The translations under genes and the position numbers were made by a program. The notes under the pieces are model-generated. The model ran no database searches, was not told the origin of the DNA, and saw nothing but the letters and a program-made list of their open reading frames with translations. DNA of 64,000 nucleotides from Octopus vulgaris. Taxonomy: Eukaryota. The stretch lies in assembly GCA_951406725.2 (NCBI GenBank), contig OX597817.1, positions 14,880,001-14,944,000 of the forward strand, in the 5' to 3' direction. Numbering within the stretch: position 1 is the first letter of the stretch; each line of letters opens with the position of its first letter. Positions 38,211-51,700 of this stretch are shown here, one piece after another.

Positions 38211-41200
38211 TTGTCCCCCTAGCATTGCTTGACAACCGATGCTGGTGTGTTTACGTCCCCGTCACTTAGCGGTTTGGCAAAAGAGACCGATAGAATAAGT
38301 ACTGGGCTTACAAAGAATAAGTCCCGGGGTCGATTTGCTTGACTAAAGGCGGTGCTCCAGCATGGCTGCAGTCAAATGACTGAAACAAGTAAAAGAGTAA
38401 AGAGTAATTCATATTAAAATCTTGGAATTAATAGAATTTTTTTTTAACCCTCTCAGACCTGGGCCCCTGTGTCTAACTTTACCTTCTATCTGGGCTCCTG
38501 AGCAAAACAAAAATTAATAAGTAGTTGCATATACAACCCAAGATTGATGATTACAGGTACACTAATAGACAGAATCAGCTACATCTTCTTTTTCTCTGTG
38601 TGTTGTTCATCACCACTTTACTAGGAATCCAACAAAAATGACATTTAACCTATTCCTACTATAACAGGAATATGGTATGATAGGGTTAAAATTTAAATCA
38701 TTTATTAACCCATGGCCCCTACCTGGGACGTAGTCAGTCCACCTGTGCATACCTTCCTTCTTGGGACACATAACTCTACTTGTGAAAATCAAAAAATCAA
38801 AGCAAAATCGATGAACATCAATGGAATTTGTAGTTTTGTGATACCAGTGCCGGTGGCACATAAGAAAGCCATCCGAACATGGCTGTAGCCAGTACCGCTT
38901 CGACTGGCCTCCGAGCTGGTGGCACGTAACAAACACCATCCGATCGTGGCCGCGCCAGCCTCACCTGGTCTCTGTGCCGGTGGCACGTAAAAACCACCAT
39001 CCGAGCGTGGCCGTTCACCAGCCTCGTCTGGCACCTGTGTCGGTCGCACATAAAAAGCACCCACTACACTCACGGAGTGGTTAGCGTTAGGAAGGGCATC
39101 CAGCTGTAGGAACACTGCCAGATCTGACTGGCCTGGTGCAGCCTTCGGGCTTTTCAGACCCCAGTTGAACTGTCTAACCCATGCTGGCATGGAAGTCGGA
39201 CGTTAAACGATGATGATGATATTCTTATATAAGAAATCCATCTAAAAATCAATGTAATCTAACTGATTCAAAATTTTTTTTTTTCCATTTTTTTTAGAAG
39301 TTCCTCCTGAAATTCTCGGTTTGATTAACATAGAAAAACTTAATCTCTTTAATAATCACATAGAGGTAAGAGTATTATTGCTTATCTATTTTTATTCATT
39401 TTCTTTTTTAAGATTTTGTTCTGAATTTTAAAATGTAATTTCATAAGTTGTTTTGTTTTTTTTCACTTGCTATATTTCAATAAAAAAATTAATTTACTGT
39501 TTATCAGTAAAGAATTTAATATGTAATTATAGTTTTTGTTTATCTTCTCCAACTATGATTGTCTGCATTCCTATGAGTTGATATCTTATCATGTACTTCT
39601 TAATAGACTTTACCAACTAATATGTCAAATTTAACAAAGCTGAAAACATTGAATCTAGGGTAAGTTTATGCCATTTATTCACTGCCATTCTTTGTATTAT
39701 GTCAGAAATATTCATTCAAATGCTGATTCCAAATAAAATTTTCAATAATGAAAAAGTAATTTTATTCTTTGAAAGCTCTTCATTTAAATTATATTTTTCA
39801 TTTTATAATATATTTGTATTTAATTTATATATATTGTAATTGATATGTATAGCTGTAATTAATTTATATGTATTTATTAATAGTAAATTATAAGATGGTT
39901 GCCATATAACTTACGTAGCAAAGTATGTTTTTTAGTAGTGACATAATTATTAAAATTCAGTCAATTTATTACTGAACCTAATTTATACTCAGAAATTAAA
40001 ATCAATTAATATAAATGGTTCCGATATAATATACCCTAATATAACCTACTGTTTATGAGAATCTAGTGTTGTACAAATGCCAAGACATGTCTAGATAATC
40101 CGGAGTTAGAAGTACGAAGATAAATAACTCTTTATTTTATTCGTGAACAAGATAGAGTCAGTTGCTTGGCTTCCTACCAATGAGGAAATCAGGCCTTATT
40201 GACATCATTAAAAAGTGAGTTGTAACAGACTTCCCTTTCCCAGCCTGAACTTGCTACAGACAAAAATAGATCATGTAGGTTTTTTTTCTTCTATACTAAG
40301 AGCTTACATGCTTCTATGCTGTTTCCAAATTTGAAATTTGTATGTTATTTTTTTTAACCTTATAAGTACCCCCTCTCCTTTCCCTCTCTTCAGCCTTCAG
40401 ATTACGTAAGTAACAACCTATTCAGATTGAGTGACTGAGTAAAACGGTGACCAGCAACTTCAAAAAGTGATTGGCATTATGCCTTTCTACTAGATGTGCA
40501 ATTTCATTTCAAATGTATGCACTTTCATTGTACAGAATCTAATACAGCTAAATAGCTGCTAAACTGCTCCTTTTTTTTTTTCTTTTTGGAACCCCTTTAT
40601 GTCTTCCACCCGACAAACTTGAAGGTATTAGTGTATAAATAACGAACAATAACATGATATTTTCCCCACTTTCATTCATCATTCTCTCGGAGAAGAAAAT
40701 TGACTCATTGGGCATCTGCCAATAAATTATACAATCGCAGTTATTTATTACTTCTGAACTGTTTGTGTTTTATTCTAATATGGGAATATAAATTGAAAAA
40801 TGCCTCCTCATTGCCTGCACATGATAATCTTGTTTTGCTGAGACAAACTAAGGATAAATGATTAATAGAAACAATATAACATTTAAAATGTTGCACTTAG
40901 GTTTTTCCAAATTGTGTAAGTCTAAAATTCAGGACATGCTTGTATTTTGAAAATACCTCATGGAGTGACAACTGTGGATGGAACCTACACTTGCCTCCTT
41001 ATGAGAGCTCAAAATCTCTCGTGGAAGCGCCATCCAACCAAAATGCAAATATATGGGAAACTACCACCTGTGTCATCTCTTGTGAAAGGTAGAAGAGTCC
41101 AGTTTGCTGGACATTGTTGTAGAACTGAAAAAGAGGTAATTTCTACTCTTCTCCTCTGGAATCCATCTATTCGTAATACCAAAGGGTGCACACTCTCCTA

Positions 41201-44200
41201 CCCTGATGTAATCTCCAGGGATACATGCATCCAGCAACAGGACCTCCGTAATGCCATGATGGACCGTGAAGTCTGGCGTAGAATGGTAAATCCCATTGTC
41301 TCGACCACGGTCGAACAATGATGATGATGACAACTGTGCCCCGCACAGTTACAGACTGCTCTTTGACTAGGCATGGCACCCATTCAGCCACCCTACCAGG
41401 GATATGGTAGTCATGGAACTACCGCATGGCAGACTGTGAAGAGTTACATTGATTCTAAGTGGAGGAATCCTTGAAGATTACTGGTCAGGATCACCAAGCT
41501 CTATCAAGTAAGTAAATGCAACACTTACATAAGGGTGGCATCCTTGGTTGTATAATCAGTTAATGAAAGATTCGCTATGACTCAGGATCCCCATTCAGAT
41601 TCATAAGAATGGAATTGGACAGCGAAAAAGAAGCATGTTTAAGTTCCATTGAGTTCTCACAATACCTTTCACGTTTGTTTTGTATATGCAACAAAAAAGT
41701 GTGCTGTCTCAAATCCTAGGACACACAGATCTGGTTACCTGGTGTCCGTGATGTATAACTGACCAAAATCAGAAAATTCCATTTACAACCGAGTGAACTG
41801 GACATAATAATTATAATTTCAAAGTTTTGTTAAAAAAAAGAATGAAATGAGTGGACTAGAGTAACATGAAATGAAATTTTTTTGCTGAGTATCACAATGC
41901 ACCATTGCGTCTGGGAATCAAAACCACAATTGTGCAATCATGCATGCAACACCAACCTTTAGGACCAATGACTTCACTGCTTTGTATATGACAAATAATT
42001 TACCATATATTAACCATTCAGTATTAGTTCATATCCATTACTTAGATGAAATAAAATTCAAATTAGTTTTCTTACAAACTAATATTTGGGCTCCTTAGAA
42101 AAATTACCTGAATGAAGTGAAGGGGTGCCACTTTCAGCAAACTGAATTTTAGTCATAAAAACAAAGGCATGTGAAGTGCACAGAATTAAAAAGTGATCCC
42201 AGAACTGCAGAAATAAAAGTCTTGTCAAGACAAAAAAAATATCCGGTGAGAGCTCATTGTACAGGAAATTTTTGTTTTAATGAACAGTGTAATTCATGAT
42301 TCATTTGCAAACTCTCAGAATAAATAGAGCAGTTAGTTATTCATCTGCATGCTTTATATACCTTACATGCAGAAGATTTTCTTTGCAGAAGCCTCTTTGT
42401 CATGTAGGTGGGTATTTTTCAGTTTATATTCCTATATCGTCATGAAAAACCCAATAGCTCAAAAGGTAATAAAATAATATTGAAAAAAATTGGCATTGAT
42501 CCATAGAATCAGTTTTATTTTTTTTTCTTCTGAGGGTATGCAGTATCAATAAAAATAAATGATGCCCATTGCCTTTATGCTACAATCACTCAGTTTCATG
42601 CATGAATGATTTCCATATTAGTAATTGGATATGGGAGTAACAGAGCATGGCCAGCTAAAATCAGATCGAACACTCACGGATTTCATTGCTTGGGGCTTTA
42701 TCAAACTCGAATTGTTTCTATGAAACTGACTCTGGACAATTTCTGTGAATGTATACAAAATACTTCAGATGACACCACAAATGTCCCGGGATGTTTTTGA
42801 AATGCTAAATTTAAGCTCTGCAAAGGTACAGATGTCATCACAAGAAACTCTGCTCAAGAATTTCCAAACAATATTACTAATTCTATGATTTTTTCTTTCA
42901 CTGTATTGTTAAAATAGGGGTTTTTATGGACACCCTAGATAGCTTGCGTTGTCTTCTATAACATTAAATAATTTTACTCATATAACCATTGTTTTCTTTA
43001 CAATAGCATCAACCGATTGAAAACACTTCCACGTGGCTTTGGTGCCTTCCCCGTTTTGGAAGTCCTTGATCTTACTTACAACTTTCTCACTGAGAACAGT
43101 TTACCAGGCAACTTTTTTTGTTTAGGTTGGTGTATTATTATTATTATAGCTTTGGAAATAACATGACTTGTCAGGTTTATAACTTACAAGATATCTATTT
43201 ACATTAAAGTTACTAAATTAGAAAATGACAATTCCTAACCATGGTCAGCACTATAGTCACTGAACACAAAACCAGGGATTGTCAGACAGTATTTATATTA
43301 AGTCAAATTAACTATATAAGCATTTTTAGAGAGTTATAGTCAAAAAATGGAAAAAAAATGGTAAACTTTTTTAAAAATCGTTGACTCATCGTAGACATTT
43401 TTAGAGAGTTACTACCCTTATATAATAGCGAAAAAATGCATTAAAATGGGGAAAAATGATGGTAAATTTTTTTTAAATCGTAGACGCGCGCTAATACCAA
43501 GAAGGGCTCAATATGAATCACGACTATAAGATACCCGGTTTTGGTTAGACTGCATCGCAAAATGTGGGAGTAGTTAGGAATCTAAATCGTAGGAGACAGA
43601 CAGCACACAACCTCACTTTTATATATAAAGATGTCAATGTTCTATCAAATGGTAAATTGACTACTTTAGTCTTTTTTTGGGGTTTTTTTTAAAGAAAAGG
43701 ATTTAACTATCATTGCCCACTGTATGGCATCTTGGGCAAGTATCTTCTTTTATAGCTCCAGGCTGACTGAAGCCTTGTGAGTGAATTTGATAGACTGAAA
43801 GGGAAAGAAACCCATGAGAGGTTGATTTTGTTTTTATGTTTGCACCTCATCTTGATATCATGCAATATTGTAAATGAGTGTCACCATCATACAAGTGATA
43901 TTCATTGCCAATCTTCCGTGAAAATTTGTATTAATAAGGAAATATTACCTTGCTTGGAAACAAATGAAGGTTGGAAAGAGTAAAGGCATCTGGCCATAGA
44001 AAATCTGCCTGACCCATACAAGCAAGCATAGATTAACCCTTTCGTTACCAACCCCCGGCTCTGTAGTACAAATGTCTTGTTTTCATAAGTTTTGCATCAA
44101 AATATACCACCAAACCTTAGTCGCAATTTATATTCCTAACACTAGCTTAATGATAACTAAGTTATTTTACTAAATTCTTTGTTATATTTAAAATCATTGA

Positions 44201-47200
44201 AAGAAACACAGAGCATATCAAAATATATACAGTAACGAAAGGGTTAATAGGCATTAAAATGATAATACTCTATTACAAAGATGCTGGTGTGAAGAACAAT
44301 GGATTATTAAGTCAAGATACACCTAACAGCAATATTAATATTGTAAAGGGGAAATAAATGCAGAAATGTAGGCTTTCAATATCTCTCTGCAAACAATACA
44401 AAAGAATGCTAAACACAGTTTTATTCATATTAACACAGTAAAATTAAAATAAATTTTAAAATGAGGATATTTACAAATTGTTGAAATATTACAGTTGAAT
44501 GTTTTCTCTACTGCTGTTTATTCAATTAAACAGTTCTCAAGTAAAAGTCCGTAGGATCAAAGGGTGACACAAGCATTGTGCCAAAAAGCAACTGAGAAAA
44601 AATTTGCAAATGATAGTTCACTGAAGGATATTCATGGAAATGAAAAGCTTGTTATTTCCACCCTAATCGGCTTTGATGTAGCACTTACAATTGTCTGAAC
44701 AAAGCATACTTCCAGAATTCACCAAGACATGTTCTAAAGCCAAAATTATTATTCAAGAATAAGATGGACACAACTTAAAAAGATGAGCAGTCATTAAAAC
44801 TCAATTCAAAATAGGCTCATTTGTATTGTAATATTCAGTGTTTAATTAGCCACCAGGGCAAAATACAATCATTGTAATGATTAATTTAGCATTCTGAATT
44901 ATCAATATGAAGGACATGGATTCTCTGGAGCAACTCATCTTGCATCAAATGTCTGGGGTTAGCTGAGAAACTATTAACAGCAAAATATAGATTAAAAGAT
45001 TGTTTCTGTGCCGTTGCTTTTAACAGTCGTAATAGTTTTTAACATTTGATAATGTTTAGAAAAGTTCTAAACTTCTGAATTATTTTTCATTTATAACTAT
45101 TGCAAACATTGAGAGGGTTAAATATAAAAAAATTTTTTTTTAATCCACCAACCCTACTCGATTTTCTTCTCTTTTCTCCGTGCATATATTGTCTGTTGCT
45201 TTGTATTTACAGAAACACTGCGTGCCTTGTATCTTGGCGACAATGATTTTACACTTATTCCTCCTGAGATAGGAAAGTTTCAAAATTTGCAAATTGTGAG
45301 TATGGCAAAATCCTACTTCCTATAGAAACCTTTTATGTCAGCAAGTAGGCATACAATTTCTAGTTAAAATCTTCATTAAGATAATGATGAATTATTATTC
45401 AAAACTGAAAATAACTGTTCAATAGTTTGGTTATATTATGTATGCTGATTATTTAAACCTGAAATAATCATTCAGCAATCATAGATAATATACCTTAAAT
45501 CCAAGCTATTGAACTTCAAAATTTGTCAAATATTAAAAGTTTAATACAAATTTGGAACCTTATGAACTGACATGACACAATAACATTTTTTTTCTTTCTA
45601 GTTGTCTTTAAGAGACAATGATCTTCATACCCTTCCAAAAGAAATAGGCAGCCTTCAACGCGTAAGGGAATTATATATTCAAGGAAATCGGCTGAGCACT
45701 TTACCACCTGAACTAGGTAAGATTGTTGTATTAGGTATATACATTGTGACTTTGAATTTGGTTTCCTAATATGTATAGCTTTTAGTCATCTAAATATATT
45801 GATGACACATTGATAACATTAGTATCAATATCAGCTAAGTGAAATAAAAGGTGAAGTTATTTCTAGCATTTGCTCACATTCAGATAAACTCTGCAAAATA
45901 TTGCTACCTCAAACTGAAGAGTAACAAAACATCAATAGATCCCATCATACCTATCTTATGAGTAATATTTACAGAGAAGTAATACAGCTCACTAGAGAGG
46001 GTCATCATCATAATCATTGTTCAACCGTGGTCGAGACAATGGAATTTACCATGCTATGCCAGACTTCACGGTCCATTATGGCATTACGGAGGTCCTGTTG
46101 CTGGATGCCTGTATCCCTGGAGATTGATTACATCAGGGTAGGAGAGTGTGCGCCCTCTGGTGTTGCGAGTAGATGGCTTCCAGAGGAGAAGAGTAGAAAT
46201 TACCTCTTTTTTTCAGCTCTACAACAATGTCCAGCAAACTGGACTCTCCTACCTTTCACAAGAGATGACACAGGTGGTAGTTTCCCATATATTTGTACTT
46301 TGGTTGGATGACGCTTCCACGAGAGATTTTGAGCTCTCATAAGGAGGCGAGTGTAGGTACTAGAGAGGGTACTTTATCACCCATTTCTACTGAGCTAAGT
46401 CTAAATCATATTTGCAACTATTTATGTGTGTTCTGTACAGTAGTTTGCTTTCCAACCACATAGTTCTGGGTTCAGTGCCAGTGCATGGCACTTTGGGTAT
46501 CAATTATAATCCGAAACCAACTAAAGCCTCGTGAGTGGATATGGTGGACTGAAACTAAGAGAGGCTTGTTTGTGTATGTTTTTGAGTCTCTGTCCCGACA
46601 GTGTTAAATGTTGTAAATCAATGTCCCTTCATTTCCCATGTTCTGCAAATCTCTGAGCATGATGAAATATCACCTTGCTTGGCATTAAATAACCTGGCTC
46701 AAACTCCATCCAACTCATGCAAACATGGAAGAGTGAGGATTATAAACAGCTGTATAAAATGAATCGTTTATATATTCACAAGAATTCTATTTTAAAAAAA
46801 TAATTTACAGGTCAACTTGATTTATATGGAACAAAACAAATTTTTCGGTGTGAAAATAACCCATGGGTAGCCCTGATTGGTGACCAGCTTCAGATTGGTG
46901 TATCACATGTATTTGAATATATCCGCTCTGATAAATACAGATAGTAAGTACACAATCATAATTTTATGATAAAAAGTTTTGTTATTTAAAATTCAAATTT
47001 TTGTAGAACTGCAGAATACTTAACATGTGAATTTCAAATTTGAAATGCAGCAAAAATTTTATTAACCCTTTCGTTACTGTATTTAGTTTGAGATATTCTG
47101 TATTTCTTTCAATTACTTTAAATATAATAAATAATTTAGTTATCATTCAGCTAGTGTTAGGAACATAAATTGTGACTAAGGTTTGGTGGAAGATTTTCAT

Positions 47201-47509
47201 TCAAAACTTATGAAAACAAGACATTTGTACTCAGAGCCGGTTTCAGCCGGGTTGGTAATGAAAGGGTTAAGCCATTTTTAGATTTACTATGCAATAATTT
47301 ATAATCGTTACTTTCTTATATAATTACAATTTCTGTTCCAAAATAAGACTAAATAAAAAGCAATTCTAACACTATTTAAGTAGCTTTTTAAGCTTTACAA
47401 AAAAAATTTCTTTGTTTTTATTCTTAGTTTGTATGGTCGTCACATGGAAGCTAAGCCTGAACCAGCACAACGGAAAACAGATCGGCCCAAAAAATATTCC
47501 AAAAAGTGA
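30339..47509 (+). CDS. RSU1: Ras suppressor protein 1 (leucine-rich repeat protein), complete, 9 coding exons, 270 aa
   Basis: Exons 30339-30447, 35072-35122, 39298-39365, 39607-39659, 43007-43125, 45213-45295, 45602-45716, 46811-46943, 47428-47509: [27 protein letters not shown]...[19 protein letters not shown]...SLPGNFF...[23 protein letters not shown]. All phases are consistent. Confidence 0.96.
32391..32506 (+). ncRNA. Type I hammerhead ribozyme motif with long stem II, in RSU1 intron 1
   Basis: CTGAAGA at 32397, GGC-C-GTGGGG/CCTCAC-T-GCC stem II, GAAAC-AGCT-GTC (cleavage predicted after C32500). Stem I is weak (2 bp, 2 mismatches, then A-T pairs). Confidence 0.7.
33609..33985 (+). mobile_element. 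tRNA-derived SINE, family A
   Basis: Near-identical to 912-1310. Confidence 0.85.
34471..34760 (-). mobile_element. RTE 3'-end fragment directly downstream of the 5S copy
   Basis: Two tandem units, conserved tail and (GAT)n on the minus strand. Confidence 0.85.
34766..34885 (-). pseudogene. 5S rRNA copy, near full length, probably retroposed
   Basis: Minus strand reads TACGGCCATATCACTTTGAAAACACCGGTTCTCATCCGATCACCGAAGTTAAGCAAAATCGAGCCTAGTTAGTACTTAGATGGGTGACCGCTTGGGAAACCTAGGTGCTGTAAACAT, a clear 5S sequence with box A/C and terminal stem. First 3 nt do not pair with the 3' end and there is no T4 terminator. Confidence 0.9.
36668..37051 (-). mobile_element. tRNA-derived SINE, family B, with TSD (related heads at about 9626-9930 - and 16356-16640 +)
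   Basis: Head GGAGGCGCAATGGCCCAGTGGTTAGGGCAGCGGACTCGCGG...GGTTTCGATTCCC; TSD TACTGCAAGT at 36658-36667 and 37052-37061. Confidence 0.85.
38004..38405 (+). mobile_element. tRNA-derived SINE, family A
   Basis: Full-length copy near-identical to 912-1310. Confidence 0.85.
38846..39220 (+). mobile_element. RTE 3'-end fragment
   Basis: Four tandem units plus conserved tail, ending about 80 nt before RSU1 exon 3. Confidence 0.85.
40977..41327 (+). mobile_element. LINE 3' fragment, second family, with TSD
   Basis: Near-identical to 11298-11614; TSD TGACAACTGTG at 40966-40976 and 41328-41338. Confidence 0.8.
44037..44243. mobile_element. piggyBac-type MITE, second family (inverted copy 47066-47266)
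   Basis: TTAA|CCCTTTCGTTAC...GTAACGAAAGGG|TTAA. Confidence 0.85.
46003..46358 (-). mobile_element. LINE 3' fragment, second family, with TSD
   Basis: Reverse copy; TSD ACTAGAGAGGGT at 45991-46002 and 46359-46370. Confidence 0.8.
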
Positions 47510-47818
47510 GCCTGAATTTCTAAAACTGCTATGTAGCCAAATGCATCTATTTTTTTTTTTTCTTCAGCTAAGTGATCTAAATATTTAGCCACTGAAACAT
47601 TGTTTTCTATATATCAAACCAACCAGCCATCCCTATATATTATATACATATATGCATGCGAGCTCATGTTTCATCTTCAGAAAAGAATGGGACAAAAATA
47701 CATCAAATATTTTGCCAAAACTAATTGTAATAAACACTTTCAGAACTCATCTAGAAAAATTGCTTGAAATTTAAAAAAAAAAAAAAAAAAAAAATTAAGC
47801 AGTTGTAATCTGTACAGT

Positions 47819-47867
47819 AATAAATAAAAATTGTCACCAAATGACAAACTTCGAAGCTTGTTTTATT
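47819..47867. terminator. Facing polyadenylation signals of convergent RSU1 (+) and BZW (-)
   Basis: AATAAA at 47819-47824 and 47823-47828 on +; TTTATT (AATAAA on -) at 47862-47867. Confidence 0.5.
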
Positions 47868-48719
47868 TTAATTTCAATACTTTGATTTGTTTCCATTGTA
47901 TCAGTTCATTTAAAAAATTATTTTTTTTACTTCTTTAAGTCATCATGCTTAAAAGTTGGAATAAGTCCCAGTTTTAACTAGCATGAAAACAATCATTCCA
48001 TTAAAAGCACAAAAACAAAACTAGAAGTTTGAAAGTCTATGAGAAATTATTGAAAATGACAAAAGATATTAAGTTTAGAAAAGGAATTTCCAAGTTACTA
48101 AGTTAAAAGAAAACTTTTGTAAGGAATGAAAAATAAATGGGATAAACACAGAAAAGTTTGGAAAATTCATTTACCATTAGACACTTTTATTAGAAGTTCT
48201 GTCACTTACAAAAACTGTTTTCAAGTTAAAAAATGTCCACCATTTATCCCTCTAAAAAGTTGCTACCAAACCAATCTGGATAACCAGAGATCAATGTGTT
48301 CCAGCATGTAATCACTTCCTGTATCTCATTAGGAGAAGGGGGGAAAAAAAGGATATCATTTCAATGTGAAATTATAGACAAGAGGAGGGAAGGGATGCAG
48401 TCACAAAAGCAGTTGAAAAAAAAAATTTACATGAAAAACTAAACATTACTTTTATGGTAAATTGTGAAAACGTAAGTGAAATGACAAAGTGAAAGCTTTG
48501 TTGGCAATTTCATAACTTTTATTGCAAAACTCAACACCTGTGTAAAAGGTTCTGGGAGTTTCGCAAATATCTATTAGTCCAAATCCAAAATAGTTATTTC
48601 TTCTGGGCTTTATATGCTGTAGGAATAAGTAAAAATCTTTGGCAGTATCAGTCTGTTAACAATTTTAATAGTAGAGGGACCATGTCGCTGAACAATAAGT
48701 ACTTGGTAACTGTCCCAGA

Positions 48720-51700
48720 CTAATCAGATTCTGAAAGAGAAATTAAAAACAAAAGATAAAATATGAACATTTTTTTTTTTTTAAGAGAATTTAAATTGAA
48801 ATAGACAAAAGAAAATTTCTTTTACCTTCTTCAGCACTCTTTAGCCATTCCACAAATTTCTTCATTTGGCTAACAAAGATACCTTTTCCTTTTGAAGAAG
48901 GGCTATCACGATACCACTTTAGGACCACATCTTCAGACAGGACCTCAGCTTAAGAAAAAATAAAAATTGAATTGTATATCAATCAAACGGTCTATACAAT
49001 CACTTGCTAACAAAATCTAATTCAGTGCCCATCCCTCACCAAATGCCATTTTTTACAGAAAGAAACCCATAAGTGCACTTGTTAGCATCTCCCCACATGA
49101 AAACCTTAGTGTAAGAATTAGCAAAAAATTCACAATTTTCACAACAATGATATGAGTAAAAAGAAAATGCTTACATTTATAAAAGAGTATTATAATTTTT
49201 TGAAACACCTTCATAAAATTGATATTGTCGTAGCAGTATTCTTGGATTCTCACCATGAGGTTGAGCTCCGATTTTTCAGTTTTTGCTACAGCAGTAAACA
49301 GAAGACTGTAATTACGCAAATGCTTGAGAGCTTGCTCTGCTACGAGTTCTTCCTTTTTGTTCCATTCAACAGTTCCCATTACTGTATTCCAAACCTAATG
49401 AAAGAAAGAATATTTTGAAACCCATTCATAGACTTAAAACCTGCAACAGGTGAATCCTCAATAACCCTAATACATTAGAAACATATTTGCTAACAAAATT
49501 CTCAACTTCAAATTTATATAAAACTGTCTGGCTCCTCTGCGGGTGGCATGTAAAAAGCACCCACCACACTCACGGAGTGGTTGGCGTTAGGAAGGGCATC
49601 CAGCCGTAGAAATACTGCCAGATCAGACTGGACTTGATGCAGAGCCTCCTGGCTTCACAGACCCCCAGTTGCACCGTCCAACCCATGCTAGCATGGAAAG
49701 CAGACGCTAAATGATGATGATGATGTTTCACTTCAAATGCCAGACATACCATTATTGAGGTGAGTTCTCCTGGTGAATACACATCTTCAACATAGTGAAG
49801 ACTACATCTTCATAGCTAGAAAATATATTAGTTCCCATCAAGCAACTACTAACGCTGTACAAGCACTCATGGCACAACATCAGATTACATCTATAAAAAA
49901 AAAAAATAAAAGCCACTTGACACTACATCACTTGAAAATATACTCCAACCTCTTGCTGTCTTGTCTGACTTAAGTGCTATTATGGCAGCCTCTTCTCAAA
50001 GCTAGCAGGTTTTGTTCCATTGCAACACACAGCACTCCTGACTCACTTGTCATCCCCTACCCCCAACCAATGCTTCCAACTCTGGAATATCTCCCCACAC
50101 TCCACATTTCTTCTGCAGCCATCAACTTGCAACAGTTCGTGAATAATATTAATGACATCAATCCTACAGGGTGAATACAAGCACAAAAAACCTAATTAAA
50201 CACCTCAATGTCAGATGCAGTAGAAAATTCACTCTGGCATAGGACCTGACCTTTCAGGACACTCAATTACAGAACCATTTGGTTTAGTTGTCTGTAATCT
50301 ACTTTTAATCAGTCTTGAGGCTATGTCAAAGGATTTATTGTAGATAAACTCCAGTTTTTGTTGTTTCCTGAATACTGAAGCTGTCAGAATAATACATCAG
50401 CCATACTACAAAAACAGAAACTGAGTTAAAAGACTGCCCAGTTTTGTTCAGACAACTGTTGGAACAAACCAATTTAGCAGCACAAGAGAAAGTCTTACAA
50501 ACCAATGAAAATGATTCCAATACTGTCCACATATACCAACTGTAGAAATCAGAGTGATCTCCCTCAATGTTCTTGGAAAATCAATGCTGACATTGTTTTC
50601 TCTCATTTCCAAAGCATTGTAAGAGAAACGCTTTAGGAATTCATAGTATTTATGAATATTTACCATTTAACTTTAAAATAGATTTTCCATAAAATAAAGC
50701 TTTAAAATTACGGAGATGTACTTGCATAGCAAGTGATTTGATCCGAGATCGTGTGCTGAAACGAAAACAATTGCAGCGTGGAAGGTGTTTGTAAGCCATT
50801 TAAGAAACACACAAAAGCCGTTCGATTCACTTTAACATTTAAGTTTAATTTGTCGAAATATTTTCGTCGCTAAAATCCGCGACCTGTTCACTGACAAAAA
50901 GCTTTAAAAGTATTTGTGCAATATCTTTTTCTGTTACCATCTCAATTTTATACAGACTATATAAGCAAGAAATATATCCAAATGAGACCTTAATTATTTT
51001 TTTTAAGAGTTAAAGAGTCTATACTTAATCCATTTGAAAAAATTGAAATGACATACAGAAATGTTATCAAGAACATAAGTTTTCAATTAAAATGCTAATT
51101 TGGAATTTAATGAGAAATCTACTTACCAAGACAACCATTTCATGATCAGAGAGCTTGTGCTTAGCCATGTATTCTTTTAAATGAGCAATTATCTGCAAAA
51201 AAACGATTTTTCTCAAATTTAATCAAGCATTTAATGACAATCTTAAAGTTTATTGTACTTGACATAATTCTCAAAGACAAAAATTTATAGCATACAAATT
51301 TATTCTCATGCCTGTCTGTATATCTGGCAAAAACCAACATATTTAGGTAATGCTTTCCTCTGTAAAAAATATGTATACACACAATCTCTTCAGCTTTGAT
51401 AGTGAGAATTCAGTTCTTTATTCTACCCAGTTACCAGCTCATTGAATTAGCATTACACTGAAACATGTACTCAATGTAATACTAAAGGCAGAATCAAGTG
51501 TGATGTCATCCAAATGGCTTCTATAGTTTTTACCACCCCAATTTTACTCACAAAGTACGAGTTAATCTGAGGACAAGGAAAATGCTATACAATGGTATTG
51601 AGCCTGGGGCCCTCATGATTTTGAAGTAAATTTAACCATTCAGCTATGCTGTGCCTAGGTATGTATATATATATGTTAAGCCATGAGCAAATTGTGTAAG

